Shown: positions 12,254-28,209, counted from the first letter of the stretch. The stretch is DNA of 64,000 nucleotides from Cellulomonas sp. (GCA_017882855.1 JADGOR010000001.1:11901-75900), one strand, 5' to 3'. The notes: generated by a model from the letters alone, not told the origin. Numbers and translations are program-made.

Positions 12254-12709
12254 GTGCGGCCGGCGCTCGACGACGCGTGGGAGGATCGGCGGGTGCCCGA
12301 ACCCCTGCCTGTGCCCGCGACCGATGAAGCGAACCCGCGGCTCGACCCGGCCATCGCCGCGCGCCTGAAGCGCGATGCCGCCGGGCTGGTGTGCGCAGTG
12401 ATCCAGCAGCACGACACCCTCGAGGTCCTGATGGTCGGTTGGATGGACGACGAGGCGCTGCGGCGGACCCTCACCGACGGTCGGGTCACCTTCTTCAGCC
12501 GATCGCGCCAGTCGTACTGGCGCAAGGGCGACACCTCGGGTCACGTGCAGTACGTGGCGTCGGTCGCTCTCGACTGCGATGGCGATGCGGTGCTCGTCCG
12601 GGTCGACCAGGTTGGTGCCGCGTGCCACACCGGCACCAGAACGTGCTTCGAGGCCGGCGGCCCGTTGCCGGCGGTCGTGGGCACCGCGGAGACCGAGCCG
12701 CGAGCATGA
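12254..12709 (+). CDS. hisI: Phosphoribosyl-AMP cyclohydrolase HisI
   Basis: The motifs [26 protein letters not shown]...[18 protein letters not shown]...[26 protein letters not shown] are typical of HisI. The start is GTG 12254 or GTG 12293. Confidence 0.9.
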   Translation: MRPALDDAWEDRRVPEPLPVPATDEANPRLDPAIAARLKRDAAGLVCAVIQQHDTLEVLMVGWMDDEALRRTLTDGRVTFFSRSRQSYWRKGDTSGHVQYVASVALDCDGDAVLVRVDQVGAACHTGTRTCFEAGGPLPAVVGTAETEPRA

Positions 12710-14268
12710 CCACGACACCGACCGACCCCGCAGTGCCGGTCAGCCTCGACTGGGGCCAGACCTGGCCGGCGTTGCCCGAGTTCCGGGCCCTCGCCGTCGA
12801 GCGGCGGGTGATCCCGGTCGCCCGCCGGTTGCTCGCCGACGTCACGCCGGTGGGCCTGTATCGCACCCTCGCGCAGGGTCGGCCCGGCACCTTCGTGCTC
12901 GAGTCGGCGGAGGTCGACGGGACCTGGGCGCGGTACTCGTTCATCGGTGTGCACTCGCGAGCCACTCTCACGGTGCGCGACCGCCGCGCGGCGTGGACCG
13001 GCGACGTCCCGGTCGGGGTGCCGACCGAGGGCGACCCGGTCGAGGTGCTCGCCGAGACCCTTCGGGTGCTGCGGACCCCGGCGGTGCCGGGTCTGCCGCC
13101 GTTGACCGGGGGACTCGTCGGAGCGCTCGGGTGGGACGTGGTGCGCTACTGGGAGCCGACCCTGCCGGCGAACGCACCCGAGGAGCTGGGCGTCCCCGAG
13201 CTGACCCTCTGCCTGGCGAGCGATCTCGCCGTCGTCGACCACGTGGACGGGTCGGTCTGGTTGATCGCCAACGCGATCAACTTCGACGACACCGATGCGC
13301 GGGTCGATGAGGCCTGGACGGATGCGGTTGCCCGGCTGGACGCGATGGAGCGGGGTCTGCTCGCGCCGACGAGCGTCGGGGCTGCGGTCCTCGTCGACGG
13401 CGCCGAGCCGGCGGTCGAGCTGCGCAGCAGCCAGGCCGAGTTCGAGAGCTCGGTGCGCGCCGGGAAGGCGGCCATCCGCGACGGCGAGGTGTTCCAGGTC
13501 GTCCTCTCCCAGCGCGCCGACGTCGCCTGCCCGGCGCGGCCGCTCGACGTCTACCGCGTGCTGCGGACCATCAACCCCAGCCCGTACATGTACTACTTCC
13601 AGCTCCAGGACGCCGATGGCGCGGACTTCGCCGTCGTCGGATCGAGCCCGGAGACCCTGGTGAAGATCGCGGACGGGCGCGTGACGACGTACCCGATCGC
13701 CGGTTCCCGGCCCCGCGGGGCGAGCCCCGAGGAGGACCACGAGCTCGCGGTCGAGCTCCTCGCGGACCCCAAGGAACGCGCGGAGCACATCATGCTCGTC
13801 GACCTCTCCCGCAACGACCTCGCCAAGGTGTGCGCGCCGGACAGCGTCGAGGTGGTCGAGTTCATGCAGGTGCGCCGGTTCAGCCACATCATGCACATCT
13901 GCTCGACCGTCGTCGGGCGGCTGCACGAGGCGAGCACGGCGGTCGAGACGCTCAAGGCGGCGTTCCCGGCGGGGACCCTGTCGGGTGCACCGAAACCGCG
14001 GGCGATCGCGCTCATCGACGAGCTCGAGCCGGCTCGCCGCGGAATCTATGGCGGCACGGTCGGCTACTTCGACTTCGCCGGCAACATGGACATGGCGATC
14101 GCGATCCGTACCGCGATGATCCGCGACGGGCGCGCGACAGTCCAGGCAGGTGCGGGCATCGTGGCCGACTCCGTTCCGGAGCTCGAGTACCAGGAGGCGC
14201 GGAACAAGGCTGCGGCCGCGGTGCGAGCCGTCCAGATCGCTTCCCGACTTCGCAGCGCCGGGTGCTGA
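12706..14268 (+). CDS. trpE: Anthranilate synthase component I
   Basis: ATG 12706 overlaps the hisI stop (ATGA). The C-terminal chorismate-binding motifs are SPETLVK...GSRPRG...[22 protein letters not shown]...[11 protein letters not shown]...[10 protein letters not shown]. Confidence 0.93.
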   Translation: MTTTPTDPAVPVSLDWGQTWPALPEFRALAVERRVIPVARRLLADVTPVGLYRTLAQGRPGTFVLESAEVDGTWARYSFIGVHSRATLTVRDRRAAWTGDVPVGVPTEGDPVEVLAETLRVLRTPAVPGLPPLTGGLVGALGWDVVRYWEPTLPANAPEELGVPELTLCLASDLAVVDHVDGSVWLIANAINFDDTDARVDEAWTDAVARLDAMERGLLAPTSVGAAVLVDGAEPAVELRSSQAEFESSVRAGKAAIRDGEVFQVVLSQRADVACPARPLDVYRVLRTINPSPYMYYFQLQDADGADFAVVGSSPETLVKIADGRVTTYPIAGSRPRGASPEEDHELAVELLADPKERAEHIMLVDLSRNDLAKVCAPDSVEVVEFMQVRRFSHIMHICSTVVGRLHEASTAVETLKAAFPAGTLSGAPKPRAIALIDELEPARRGIYGGTVGYFDFAGNMDMAIAIRTAMIRDGRATVQAGAGIVADSVPELEYQEARNKAAAAVRAVQIASRLRSAGC

Positions 14269-14681
14269 GCAGGCGGGCGGCAACCCTCGCGGCGTTCGTC
14301 GTTGTCGCTGCTGCCCTTGCCCTTGTCCTGGCCGGCCGGATCGGACGCCTGCTCGCCGTCATCATCCTGGCCGCAGCCGGGATCACGACGGGCACCTCGG
14401 CCCTCGGCGCCATCGCGAGCCCGCAGCGGATCGCCCTCGCGGCCGCGGCCGAGCGCACCGGTCTGCCGTCGCTGGACGGGAGCGCGTCACTGACGGCCGG
14501 GCCGTACCTGGCGGTTGCGTTCGGTGTGCTGACCGTTTTCTGGGCGATCTGGGCCATCGCGAGCGCTCGCCGCTGGCAGGCATCGTCCCGTCGGCACGAT
14601 CCAGGTGCCGCTGCTGACGTGGTCGAGGACGACCCGTTCAGCTCCTGGGACGCCCTCAGTCGCGGCGAAGACCCGACCTGA
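14262..14681 (+). CDS. Trp-operon-associated membrane protein (TIGR02234-like)
   Basis: GTG 14262 overlaps the trpE stop. The 139-aa protein has several hydrophobic helices. It occupies the position after trpE that the Rv1610-type membrane protein occupies (recalled synteny). Confidence 0.65.
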   Translation: MLSRRAATLAAFVVVAAALALVLAGRIGRLLAVIILAAAGITTGTSALGAIASPQRIALAAAAERTGLPSLDGSASLTAGPYLAVAFGVLTVFWAIWAIASARRWQASSRRHDPGAAADVVEDDPFSSWDALSRGEDPT

Positions 14682-14775
14682 GTCCCACAACGGGTTCCAC
14701 CGTTCGGGGCGTCGGCGGTGGCGCGCGGCCACGGTTTCGGTACTCTGCCCGCGTCGGGATCACGAGAGGTTCTTC

Positions 14776-15051
14776 ATGTCGAACGCTCCGTACACGGCCG
14801 CTCAGCTCGCGCCGTCGTCGCCACCGGGCAACCACGGTCAGACCCGTGCGGCGTGGGCGACGACGTCGATCGTCCTCGGCGGCGCGCTGGTCGCCGCCGT
14901 GGGTGTGGCTTTCGCAACACCGTGGGTCTTCTGGGTCGGCCTCGCGATCGTGATCGCGGGTGTCGTGGTCGGCAAGGTCATGCAGGTCCTCGGCCTGGGT
15001 CAACCGCGCCGAGCCTCCGCACCAGGCGAGTCGTTCGACTCGCTCCGCTAG
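14776..15051 (+). CDS. Small membrane protein of the HGxxPAAW family
   Basis: 91 aa. It has the motif NHGQTRAAW followed by two hydrophobic helices, and high GC3. Confidence 0.6.
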   Translation: MSNAPYTAAQLAPSSPPGNHGQTRAAWATTSIVLGGALVAAVGVAFATPWVFWVGLAIVIAGVVVGKVMQVLGLGQPRRASAPGESFDSLR

Positions 15052-15095
15052 AACGCTCGGCGGCGTCCGCCGTCGGCACCAGTCAAGGAGGCAGA

Positions 15096-15575
15096 ATGTC
15101 GCTCCCCGGGGGTCCACAGGACCCGTACTCGACTCCACAGCAGCCCGCCGGCGGTGTCCCGGTACCGCCGCCACCGCCACCGCCCGTCCCGTACGGGGCA
15201 CCGGTCGCTCCGCCGGCGGCTTACGGCGCGCCCGCACCGGGCTACGGCGGGTACGGCCAGCCGCCGGCGATGCCGCCGACCGGCTACGGCCCGATGGGCG
15301 GAACCGAGAAGAACGGCCTGGGCACCTGGTCTCTGGTGCTCGGCATCGTGTCGTTCTTCTGCGGAGGATTCATCACCGGAATCGTGGCCGTGATCCTCGG
15401 CAAGCAGAGCAAGAGAGCGCAGGCGAACGGGCAGGCCACCAACGGCAACCTGGGCCAGATCGGCATGGTCCTCGGCTGGATCGCGATCGCTATTTCCGTC
15501 CTGGTCATCATCGGCTGGATCGTGTTGATCATCATCGGCAGCACCTCGACTTCGTCGACCACCTTCAGCAACTGA
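15096..15575 (+). CDS. DUF4190-type membrane protein with a Pro/Gly/Tyr-rich N-terminus
   Basis: ATG 15096 is preceded by AAGGAGG. A Pro-rich N-terminus is followed by two TM helices (GTWSLVLGIVSFFCGGFITGIVAVILG...GMVLGWIAIAISVLVIIGWIVLIII). Confidence 0.65.
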   Translation: MSLPGGPQDPYSTPQQPAGGVPVPPPPPPPVPYGAPVAPPAAYGAPAPGYGGYGQPPAMPPTGYGPMGGTEKNGLGTWSLVLGIVSFFCGGFITGIVAVILGKQSKRAQANGQATNGNLGQIGMVLGWIAIAISVLVIIGWIVLIIIGSTSTSSTTFSN

Positions 15576-15579
15576 CCGG

Positions 15580-16044
15580 ATGACCATCACGTCCGACGCT
15601 CCGGGTCGGGTCCGCACGGTTGTCGCGGACCCGACCCGGAGCGCGGCGTGGCGGTCCCCACTTGTCGCCCCGCTCGCACTCGCGGGGGCGGCACTCCTTG
15701 GCGCGCTGGTCGTACGCGTCGTGGACCCCAACGTCGCGGGTCACTACCCCGTGTGCCTGTCTCTTACCCTCACGGGTACGTACTGCCCATTCTGTGGTGG
15801 CCTGCGCGCCGTCCATGACCTGATGCTCGGCAACGTCGCGGGGGCGTTCGGGATGAACCCGCTCGTGGTGCTGGGCCTCCCGTTCCTCGGTCTCGCTTGG
15901 TGGCGGTGGATGCGGCGTGCGGCACGCGGGGCTCGGGTCATCGCGCGGACGCCAACGTGGCCCGCTTGGGTGACTTTCGGGGTGATCGCGGCGTTTTGGG
16001 TCGCGCGCAACATCCCCGCTCTGCAAGGCTGGCTCGCGCCCTGA
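15580..16044 (+). CDS. DUF2752-type membrane protein
   Basis: 154 aa. It has the CPFCGGLRAVHDL motif that I recognise from DUF2752, plus hydrophobic helices. Confidence 0.65.
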   Translation: MTITSDAPGRVRTVVADPTRSAAWRSPLVAPLALAGAALLGALVVRVVDPNVAGHYPVCLSLTLTGTYCPFCGGLRAVHDLMLGNVAGAFGMNPLVVLGLPFLGLAWWRWMRRAARGARVIARTPTWPAWVTFGVIAAFWVARNIPALQGWLAP

Positions 16045-16085
16045 TTCGACCGGGCGGCCGGGTCCCGAGCGCCATTGAGGAGCAC

Positions 16086-16637
16086 ATGATGGACGGTCAG
16101 CCCACCGAGGGTTGGGTTCCCCAGCAGCCGGTCCCCGGATACCCCCAACCGACTGTGCTCCCGCCTGCGCAACAGCCCGGATACCCGCCGTACGGCGCAC
16201 CGACGGCCTATGGGACGACGCCACAGCAGCCCGGATACCCGGCCTACGGTGCTCCGACGGCTTATGGGACGTCGCCGTACGGCACCCAGTACCCCTACGG
16301 TCCGCCCACCGCCTACGGTTCAGCGGCGGGATACGGGTACGCCCAGCCCGGGTACTACGGTGCGATGGCCGCGACCCAGCGCAACGACCTCGGTGTGTGG
16401 TCCCTGATCCTCGGGATCCTGAGCCTGATCTCGTTCGGCATCCTGACCGGCATCCCGGCGATCATCGTCGGGAACAAGAGCAAGGCGGCGGTGGCGCGGG
16501 GCGAGGCGAACAACCCTGGCCTGGGCACGGCCGGCGTCATCATGGGTTGGATCTCGGTCGCCTTCATCGGCCTGGGTGTGCTCTTCTTCGTCGGGATCAT
16601 GGTGATCGGGATCGCAGCCTCCACGACCAGCTCCTGA
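16086..16637 (+). CDS. DUF4190-type membrane protein, paralog of 15096..15575
   Basis: It has the same architecture as 15096..15575. The N-terminus has a [15 protein letters not shown] repeat. The TM helices read [27 protein letters not shown]...[26 protein letters not shown]. Confidence 0.65.
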   Translation: MMDGQPTEGWVPQQPVPGYPQPTVLPPAQQPGYPPYGAPTAYGTTPQQPGYPAYGAPTAYGTSPYGTQYPYGPPTAYGSAAGYGYAQPGYYGAMAATQRNDLGVWSLILGILSLISFGILTGIPAIIVGNKSKAAVARGEANNPGLGTAGVIMGWISVAFIGLGVLFFVGIMVIGIAASTTSS

Positions 16638-16759
16638 GCCGCGCCGCCCGATTAGAGACAGCTGGCGGTCGTCCAGCCCGTGGTTGGGCCGGTCGGGCGA
16701 GAGTTGAAACGCAACTAGTGTGGACACCCACAGGCCGCAGGCGACCGGGGGTGGGCGAC

Positions 16760-17572
16760 ATGAGCGTCCTCGATGACATCATCGTGGGAGTCCGTGAAGA
16801 CCTTCGGCTGCGCGAGGAGCGCGTTCCCCTGCAGGCGCTCAAGGAGCGGGCCGCGCGGATCCCTGGTGCCAAGGAGACGCGCTGCATCCTGCGCAACATG
16901 GATGCCGTCTCGGTGATCGCCGAGGTCAAGCGGTCGAGCCCGAGCAAGGGCGCTCTCGCCGACATCCCCGACCCGGCCGCTCTCGCCGTGGAGTACGAGC
17001 TCGGCGGCGCCTGCGCGATCTCCGTGCTGACCGAAGAGCGGCGGTTCGGCGGATCGCTCGCCGATCTCGATGCCGTCCGCGGAGCCGTCGAGGTGCCGGT
17101 GCTTCGCAAGGACTTCATCGTGACGCCCTACCAGGTGTGGGAGGCCCGTGCGCACGGCGCCGACATCGTGCTGCTGATCGTCGCCGCGCTCGAGCAGACC
17201 GTGCTCACCTCCTTCGTCGAGCGGGTCCAGTCCCTGGGCATGGCGGCCCTGGTCGAGGTGCACGACGCCGAGGAAATCGCTCGCGCGACCGACGCCGGCG
17301 CGCGCATCATCGGGGTCAACACCCGCGACCTGCGCACCCTGGAGGTGGATCGCACCTTGTTCGCTCGCTTGGCCCCCCTCATCCCGGGCGGGATCGTGCG
17401 GATCGCCGAGTCAGGCGTTCGCGATCCGCACGACGTCGTGGAGTACGCGAAGGCTGGCGCCGACGCCGTGCTGGTGGGTGAGGCCCTCGTCACCGGAGGC
17501 AACCCGCGCGCCGCGCTCGCCGATCTGGTCGCGGCGGGCTCACACCCCGCGCTCCGGGCGGTACGCCCGTGA
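16760..17572 (+). CDS. trpC: Indole-3-glycerol phosphate synthase
   Basis: The protein begins [15 protein letters not shown]... and contains [13 protein letters not shown]...[21 protein letters not shown]. The longer track ORF 16112..17572 overlaps the preceding gene. Confidence 0.93.
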   Translation: MSVLDDIIVGVREDLRLREERVPLQALKERAARIPGAKETRCILRNMDAVSVIAEVKRSSPSKGALADIPDPAALAVEYELGGACAISVLTEERRFGGSLADLDAVRGAVEVPVLRKDFIVTPYQVWEARAHGADIVLLIVAALEQTVLTSFVERVQSLGMAALVEVHDAEEIARATDAGARIIGVNTRDLRTLEVDRTLFARLAPLIPGGIVRIAESGVRDPHDVVEYAKAGADAVLVGEALVTGGNPRAALADLVAAGSHPALRAVRP

Positions 17573-18819
17573 CCGGTGAGCCAGGCCAGCCGCGCGGTAC
17601 CTCGCGGACGGCTCGGTCGCTCCGGCATGAGGAAGGCCCGTACTTCGGCGACTTCGGCGGGCGATTCGTCCCCGAGGCGCTGATCGCGGCGCTCGATGAG
17701 CTCGAGACCACGTACCGCAAGGCGATCGTCGACCCAGAGTTCATCGACGAGCTCGACCGCCTGCACCGCACCTACACCGGGCGTCCGAGCATCATCACCG
17801 AGGTGCCCAGGTTCGCGGCTCACGCGGGGGGCGCCCGCATCATCCTCAAGCGCGAGGACCTCAACCACACCGGCTCGCACAAGATCAACAACGTGCTGGG
17901 CCAGGTCCTTCTGACGCAGCGGATGGGCAAGACCCGACTCATCGCGGAGACCGGCGCCGGCCAGCACGGGGTGGCGACGGCGACGGCTGCCGCCCTGATG
18001 GGCATGGAGTGCGTGGTCTACATGGGCGAGGAGGACACTCGCCGGCAGTCGCTCAACGTCGCCCGGATGCAGCTCCTCGGCGCCGAGGTCATTCCGGTGA
18101 TGACGGGTTCGCGCACCCTCAAGGACGCGATCAACGAGGCGCTGCGCGACTGGGTGGCCAACGTCGACACCACCCATTACCTGCTCGGCACGGTGGCAGG
18201 ACCGCACCCGTTCCCTGCCATGGTCCGCGACTTCCACTCGATCATCGGTCGCGAGGCGCGACAGCAGGTCCTCGACCTGACCGGGAGGTTGCCCGACGTC
18301 GTCGCGGCGTGCGTCGGCGGCGGCTCGAACGCGATCGGCATCTTCCATGCGTTCCTCGATGACCCCGACGTTCGCCTGCTCGGCCTGGAAGCGGGCGGCG
18401 ACGGCGTCGAGACGGGCCGGCACGCAGCGTCGATCACCGGGGGAGTCCCCGGCGTGCTGCACGGTGCGAGGTCCTTCCTGCTCCAGGACGAGGACGGCCA
18501 GACGATCGAGAGCCACTCCATCTCGGCCGGTCTGGACTATCCCGGCGTCGGTCCCGAGCACTCGTGGCTCGCATCGATCGGCCGGGCCGAGTACCGACCC
18601 GTGAACGACGTCGAGGCGATGGAGGCGTTCCGCCTGCTCTGCCGGACGGAGGGGATCATGCCGGCGATCGAGTCCGCGCACGCCCTGGCCGGCGCGCTCG
18701 TGGCCGGCCGCGAGCTCGGTCCCGACGGAATTGTCCTGGTCAACCTCTCCGGCCGCGGCGACAAGGACGTCGAGACGGCGGCCCGCTGGTTCAAGCTCGC
18801 GGACGGAGCGACGTCGTGA
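17569..18819 (+). CDS. trpB: Tryptophan synthase beta chain
   Basis: 416 aa. The motif [13 protein letters not shown] contains the PLP-binding lysine. GGGSNAIG is also present. Confidence 0.95.
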   Translation: MTGEPGQPRGTSRTARSLRHEEGPYFGDFGGRFVPEALIAALDELETTYRKAIVDPEFIDELDRLHRTYTGRPSIITEVPRFAAHAGGARIILKREDLNHTGSHKINNVLGQVLLTQRMGKTRLIAETGAGQHGVATATAAALMGMECVVYMGEEDTRRQSLNVARMQLLGAEVIPVMTGSRTLKDAINEALRDWVANVDTTHYLLGTVAGPHPFPAMVRDFHSIIGREARQQVLDLTGRLPDVVAACVGGGSNAIGIFHAFLDDPDVRLLGLEAGGDGVETGRHAASITGGVPGVLHGARSFLLQDEDGQTIESHSISAGLDYPGVGPEHSWLASIGRAEYRPVNDVEAMEAFRLLCRTEGIMPAIESAHALAGALVAGRELGPDGIVLVNLSGRGDKDVETAARWFKLADGATS

Positions 18820-19637
18820 GCGTCACCGCCGCGCCCAGCCGAGTCGCATCGAGGCTTGCGGAGATCCGCGGTGAGGGCCGAGCGGCCCTCATCGGCTATC
18901 TCCCGGTCGGCTTCCCTGACCTTGCCGGATGCATCGCGGCGGCCCGGGTGATGGTCGACGCCGGGGTGGACATCCTCGAGCTCGGCCTGCCGTACTCCGA
19001 CCCGGTGATGGACGGTCCGGTGATCCAGCGTGCGGTCACGGCCGCACTTGCCGGCGGCACGCGGGTGCGCGACACCTTCACAGCCGCCCGCGAGGTCACC
19101 GCGACCGGCGCCCCGGTGCTCGTGATGACGTACTGGAACCCGGTCCTTCGTTACGGCGTCGGCGCGTTCGCACCCGACCTGGTCGAGGCGGGTGCGGCGG
19201 GGCTCATCACCCCGGACCTCATCCCGGATGAGGCCGGCGAGTGGATCGAGGCGTCCGACCGGTACGGACTGGACCGGGTGTTCCTGGTCGCGCCCAGCTC
19301 GACGCCGGAGCGGCTCGCCCGCACCGTTGCGGCAAGCCGAGGATTCGTGTACGCCGCCTCGACGATGGGTGTCACCGGAGAACGGACGACGGTGGGCGCG
19401 CAAGCGGAACGTCTGGTGCGCGACACGCGCGCGGCCGGGGCCGACCTGGTGTGCGTCGGTCTCGGCGTCTCGACCGGCGCCCAGGCCGCCGAGGTGGCGC
19501 GATACGCCGACGGTGTCATCGTCGGGAGTGCCTTCGTGCGAGCGCTGCTGGACGCTGCGTCACCCGCCGATGCCGAGGCGCGGCTGACAGCGGTCACCGA
19601 AGAGCTCGCGGCCGGGGTTCGTGGAGGGAAGTCATGA
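18816..19637 (+). CDS. trpA: Tryptophan synthase alpha chain
   Basis: GTG 18816 overlaps the trpB stop. The motifs are [12 protein letters not shown]...[20 protein letters not shown]. Confidence 0.92.
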   Translation: MSVTAAPSRVASRLAEIRGEGRAALIGYLPVGFPDLAGCIAAARVMVDAGVDILELGLPYSDPVMDGPVIQRAVTAALAGGTRVRDTFTAAREVTATGAPVLVMTYWNPVLRYGVGAFAPDLVEAGAAGLITPDLIPDEAGEWIEASDRYGLDRVFLVAPSSTPERLARTVAASRGFVYAASTMGVTGERTTVGAQAERLVRDTRAAGADLVCVGLGVSTGAQAAEVARYADGVIVGSAFVRALLDAASPADAEARLTAVTEELAAGVRGGKS

Positions 19638-20521
19638 GCATCTCGACGTTCGCCCTGGCAGCGCTGCCCGCGTCGATCCCGAGCCCACCGCAGGGTGTTT
19701 GGTACCTCGGGCCGATCCCGATCCGCGCGTACGCACTGGCGATCCTGACGGGCATCATCGTCGGGCTCTGGGTGACTCAGAAGCGCTGGGTGGCGCGCGG
19801 CGGATCCGCCGAGACAGCCACCGAGGTCGCGTTCTGGGCGGTCCCGTTCGGCATCGTCGGCGGCCGGATCTATCACGTCGTCTCCTCGCCTGACGCCTAC
19901 TTCGGCCCCGGTGGCCACCCGTGGAATGCCTTCGCCATCTGGCAGGGCGGGCTCGGGATCTGGGGCGCGATCGCCCTCGGTGCGGTGGGCGCATGGATCG
20001 GCACCCGCCGGCAGGGCATCCGGTTCGCGCCGTTCGCGGACACGATCGCACCCGGGCTGCTGATCGCGCAGGCGATCGGACGACTGGGGAACTGGTTCAA
20101 CCAAGAGCTGTTCGGCGGTCCGACGACGCTGCCGTGGGGGTTGCACATCGACTCGACCTCGCCCACGTTCCCGCCCCAGTACCCGCCGGGCACGCTGTTC
20201 CACCCGACCTTCCTTTACGAGCTGCTCTGGAACCTCGCCGCCGCGGCCCTGCTGATCTACCTGGACCGGCGCTTCCGACTTGGTCATGGCCGGGTGTTCT
20301 GGCTGTACGTCGTCTTCTACACGGTCGGTCGGTTCTGGGTCGAGCTGCTCCGGATCGACCCGGCGCATACGGTGCTGGGCCTCCGGCTCAACGTATGGAC
20401 GTCGATCGTGGTCGGACTGGGGGCGCTGGTAGCGTTTCTCCTCGTCGGGCGCCGCCACCAAGGGCGCGAGGACGACCTCTTGCTCACGCGCACGGCGGCG
20501 GAGGACGAGCTCAGCCAATGA
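19634..20521 (+). CDS. lgt: Prolipoprotein diacylglyceryl transferase
   Basis: ATG 19634 overlaps the trpA stop. The protein is polytopic. The motifs are GPIPIRAYALAILTG...GGRIYHV...WQGGLGIWGA...GRLGNWFNQELFG. Confidence 0.92.
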   Translation: MSISTFALAALPASIPSPPQGVWYLGPIPIRAYALAILTGIIVGLWVTQKRWVARGGSAETATEVAFWAVPFGIVGGRIYHVVSSPDAYFGPGGHPWNAFAIWQGGLGIWGAIALGAVGAWIGTRRQGIRFAPFADTIAPGLLIAQAIGRLGNWFNQELFGGPTTLPWGLHIDSTSPTFPPQYPPGTLFHPTFLYELLWNLAAAALLIYLDRRFRLGHGRVFWLYVVFYTVGRFWVELLRIDPAHTVLGLRLNVWTSIVVGLGALVAFLLVGRRHQGREDDLLLTRTAAEDELSQ

Positions 20522-20670
20522 CCTGGCGGCTCCAGCAGGTGCTGCGCCGCAAGACGCGATGATCCCGCGCGAGTTCGGGGAGGTATCGTCGTCAGACGTT
20601 CGAGCCGACGAGGACTCGCACATCCACCACGATCGGGTCAGCTTCGGCTGCCGCCGGAACAGCGAGGACG

Positions 20671-25216
<4,546 letters not shown>

Positions 25217-25224
<8 letters not shown>

Positions 25225-26674
25225 CCCGAGGGGATTCCTCAAGGTGCGGCAGCGGGAGCTGCCGCCGCGTCGGCCCGTACCGGTCCGGATCATGGACTGG
25301 AACGAGGTGTACGAGGCGACGGATCCGGAGATGGTCAGTCGCCAGGCCGGGCGCTGCATGGACTGCGGCGTCCCGTTCTGCCACACCGGTTGCCCGCTCG
25401 GGAACCTCATTCCCGAGTGGAACGACCTCGTCTGGCGGGGCGACTGGCGGGAGGCGATCGAGCGGCTGCACGCCACGAACAACTTCCCGGAGTTCACCGG
25501 GCGTCTGTGCCCGGCGCCGTGCGAGACCGCGTGCATCCTCGGCATCAATCAGCCGGCCGTGACGATCAAGCAGGTCGAGGTGACCACGGTCGAGATCGCC
25601 TTCGACAACGGGTGGGTCGAGCCCTGCGTGCCCGGCCGGCTCAGCGGCAAGACCGTCGCGGTGATCGGGTCCGGACCGGCGGGTCTGGCAGCCGCGCAGC
25701 AGCTGACCCGCGCCGGTCACACGGTCGCCGTGTACGAGCGGGCCGATCGGATCGGTGGCCTGCTCCGCTACGGCATCCCCGAGTTCAAGATGGAGAAGAG
25801 GTTCCTCGACCGTCGCCTTGCCCAGATGGAGGCCGAGGGGACCCGGTTCCGGCCCGGCGTCAACATCGGTGTGGACATCACCGGGCGGCTGTTGCACGAC
25901 CGGTACGACGCGATCGTGCTCGCCGTCGGCGCGACCCAGGCCCGTGACCTCCCGGTGCCCGGTCGGGAGCTCGGTGGAATCCTGCAGGCGATGGAGTACC
26001 TGCCGCAGGCGAACCGCGTCGCCGCCGGTGACGTCGTCGATCACCAGGTGGTGGCGACCGGCAAGGACGTCGTAGTCATCGGTGGCGGCGACACCGGGGC
26101 CGACTGCCTCGGCACCGCGCTGCGCCAGGGTGCGCGTTCGGTCACCCAGCTCGAGATCCTTCCCCACCCCCCCGAGGATCGGCCGGACGGCCAGCCCTGG
26201 CCTACCTACCCGATGACCTATCGGGTCTCGAGCGCTCATGAGGAGGGCGGCGACCGGGTGTACTCGGTCAGCACGCAGGAGTTCCTGAGCGACGACTGCG
26301 GGAACGTTCGGGCCTTGAGCCTTGTCGAGGTCGAGCTGGTCGATGGCCGGTTCGAGCCCGTGGCCGGTTCCGAGCATGAGATCCCGGCCCAGCTGGTGCT
26401 CTTCGCAATGGGCTTCACCGGGCCCGAACGGGGTCCACTGCTCGAGCAGCTCGAGGTGTCGATCACGCCGCGTGGCACGATCGCGCGCACCGACGGCTTC
26501 TCCACCGACGTCCCAGGGGTGTTCGTCGCGGGCGACGCCGGGCGGGGTCAGTCGCTGATCGTGTGGGCGATAGCGGAGGGTCGGGCCGCCGCCGCCGCCG
26601 TCGACGCGTACCTCGGCGGGACCACCGCGCTTCCGGCGCCGATCTCGGCGAGCACCGTCGCGATGCGCGCCTAG
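25217..26674 (+). CDS. gltD: Glutamate synthase small subunit
   Basis: 485 aa. It has Fe-S cysteine clusters ([10 protein letters not shown]...CPLGN) and the dinucleotide fold [14 protein letters not shown]. It overlaps gltB by 8 nt. Confidence 0.95.
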
Positions 26675-26700
26675 CCCGGGCTTGGCCCATGCCACGACCG

Positions 26701-26730
26701 GTCCGGGACCTTCGGGTCCGAGTCCCGGAC
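26701..26730 (+). terminator. Stem-loop after gltD (candidate intrinsic terminator)
   Basis: GTCCGGGAC (26701-26709) pairs perfectly with GTCCCGGAC (26722-26730). The structure begins 27 nt after the gltD stop. There is no T-tract. Confidence 0.4.
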
Positions 26731-26740
26731 TCGAAGGGCC

Positions 26741-26746
26741 TACGCT
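26741..26746 (+). promoter_or_regulatory. -10 hexamer TACGCT placed for a leaderless pyk transcript
   Basis: The TANNNT hexamer ends 6 nt before ATG 26753. No Shine-Dalgarno sequence lies in between. Confidence 0.4.
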
Positions 26747-26752
26747 TGAATC

Positions 26753-28195
26753 ATGCGTAGAGCGAAGATCGTTTGCACCATTGGTCCGGTGACGGAGTCC
26801 CGGGAACAGATTCAAGCACTTGTCGATGCCGGGATGGACGTGGCACGGATCAACCGCAGCCATGGCGACCAGGCAGCGCACGAGATCGTGTACCGGAACG
26901 TCCGCGCGGCCGCACAGGCCTCGGGGCGCGCAGTCGCGGTGCTGGTCGATCTCCAGGGCCCGAAGATTCGGCTCGGCACCTTCGTCGAGGGCAAGGTCGA
27001 GCTCACCGAGGGCGACACCTTCACCATCACGACGGATGACGTCCCGGGCACAAAGGAGCGAGCCTCCACCACGTACAAGGGACTGCCCGGCGATGCGAAG
27101 GTCGGCGACCAGATCCTGATCGACGACGGTCGTGTCGGCGTCCGGATCGTCGCGGTCGAGGGCAACGACGTCGTGACGACGGTCGAGCTCGCCGGTCCGA
27201 TCTCGAACAACAAGGGGCTCAACCTGCCAGGTGTGGCAGTGAGCGTCCCGGCGATGTCGAGCAAGGACGAAGCGGACCTGCGCTGGGCCTTGCGTCTAGG
27301 TGCGGACATCATCGCGCTCTCATTCGTCCGGAGCGCGAAGGACTACGACGATGTCGCGCGGATCATGGCCCAGGAGGGCCGCGTCGTTCCGGTGATCGCG
27401 AAGATCGAGAAGCCGCAGGCGGTCGACAACCTCGCGGAGATCATCGACGCGTTCGACGGCATCATGGTGGCGCGCGGTGACCTGGGCGTCGAGATGCCCC
27501 TGGAGATGGTCCCGCTGGTGCAGAAGCGTGCCGTCGAGCTCGCTCGCCGCAACGCGAAACCCGTCATCGTGGCGACCCAGGTGCTCGAGTCGATGATCTC
27601 GGCTCCGCGCCCGACCCGCGCCGAGGCGTCCGACTGCGCGAACGCAATCCTCGACGGGGCCGACGCCGTCATGCTCTCCGGTGAGACGAGCGTGGGGGAT
27701 TACCCGATCGAGGCGGTTCGCACCATGGCCCGCATCATCGAGAACACCGAGGAGCTTGGCCGCGAGCGGATGGCACCGCTCGGGACGACGCCCTACACCC
27801 GCGGCGGTGCGATCACCCGCGCCGCGGCCGAGATCGGCGAGATCCTCGGGGTCAAGTACCTCATCACCTTCACCCAGACCGGCGACTCGGCACGGCGGAT
27901 GTCTCGGTTGCGTTCGCCGATCCCGCTGATCGCGTTCACTCCGATCACCAAGGTGCGTTCCGAGCTTGCGCTGAGCTGGGGCGTGCAGACGTACGAGCTC
28001 GCTCAGGTCGAACACTCGGACGCGATGGTGCGCCAGGTGGACTGGATGCTCCGCGACGAGAATCTCGTTGCCGATGGTGATCTGGTGGTCATCGTCTCGG
28101 GCGCCCCGGTGGGCGTCTCGGGCACGACGAACTCGATCCTCGTGCACAAGATCGGTCAGCTCTCCGGCACCGGCACGGTTCGCCCCGCGCGCTGA
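26753..28195 (+). CDS. pyk: Pyruvate kinase
   Basis: 480 aa. The motifs are MRRAKIVCTIGP...MDVARINRSHG...MVARGDLGVE. Confidence 0.95.
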   Translation: MRRAKIVCTIGPVTESREQIQALVDAGMDVARINRSHGDQAAHEIVYRNVRAAAQASGRAVAVLVDLQGPKIRLGTFVEGKVELTEGDTFTITTDDVPGTKERASTTYKGLPGDAKVGDQILIDDGRVGVRIVAVEGNDVVTTVELAGPISNNKGLNLPGVAVSVPAMSSKDEADLRWALRLGADIIALSFVRSAKDYDDVARIMAQEGRVVPVIAKIEKPQAVDNLAEIIDAFDGIMVARGDLGVEMPLEMVPLVQKRAVELARRNAKPVIVATQVLESMISAPRPTRAEASDCANAILDGADAVMLSGETSVGDYPIEAVRTMARIIENTEELGRERMAPLGTTPYTRGGAITRAAAEIGEILGVKYLITFTQTGDSARRMSRLRSPIPLIAFTPITKVRSELALSWGVQTYELAQVEHSDAMVRQVDWMLRDENLVADGDLVVIVSGAPVGVSGTTNSILVHKIGQLSGTGTVRPAR

Positions 28196-28209
28196 CCGCC
28201 TGCGCGGCG

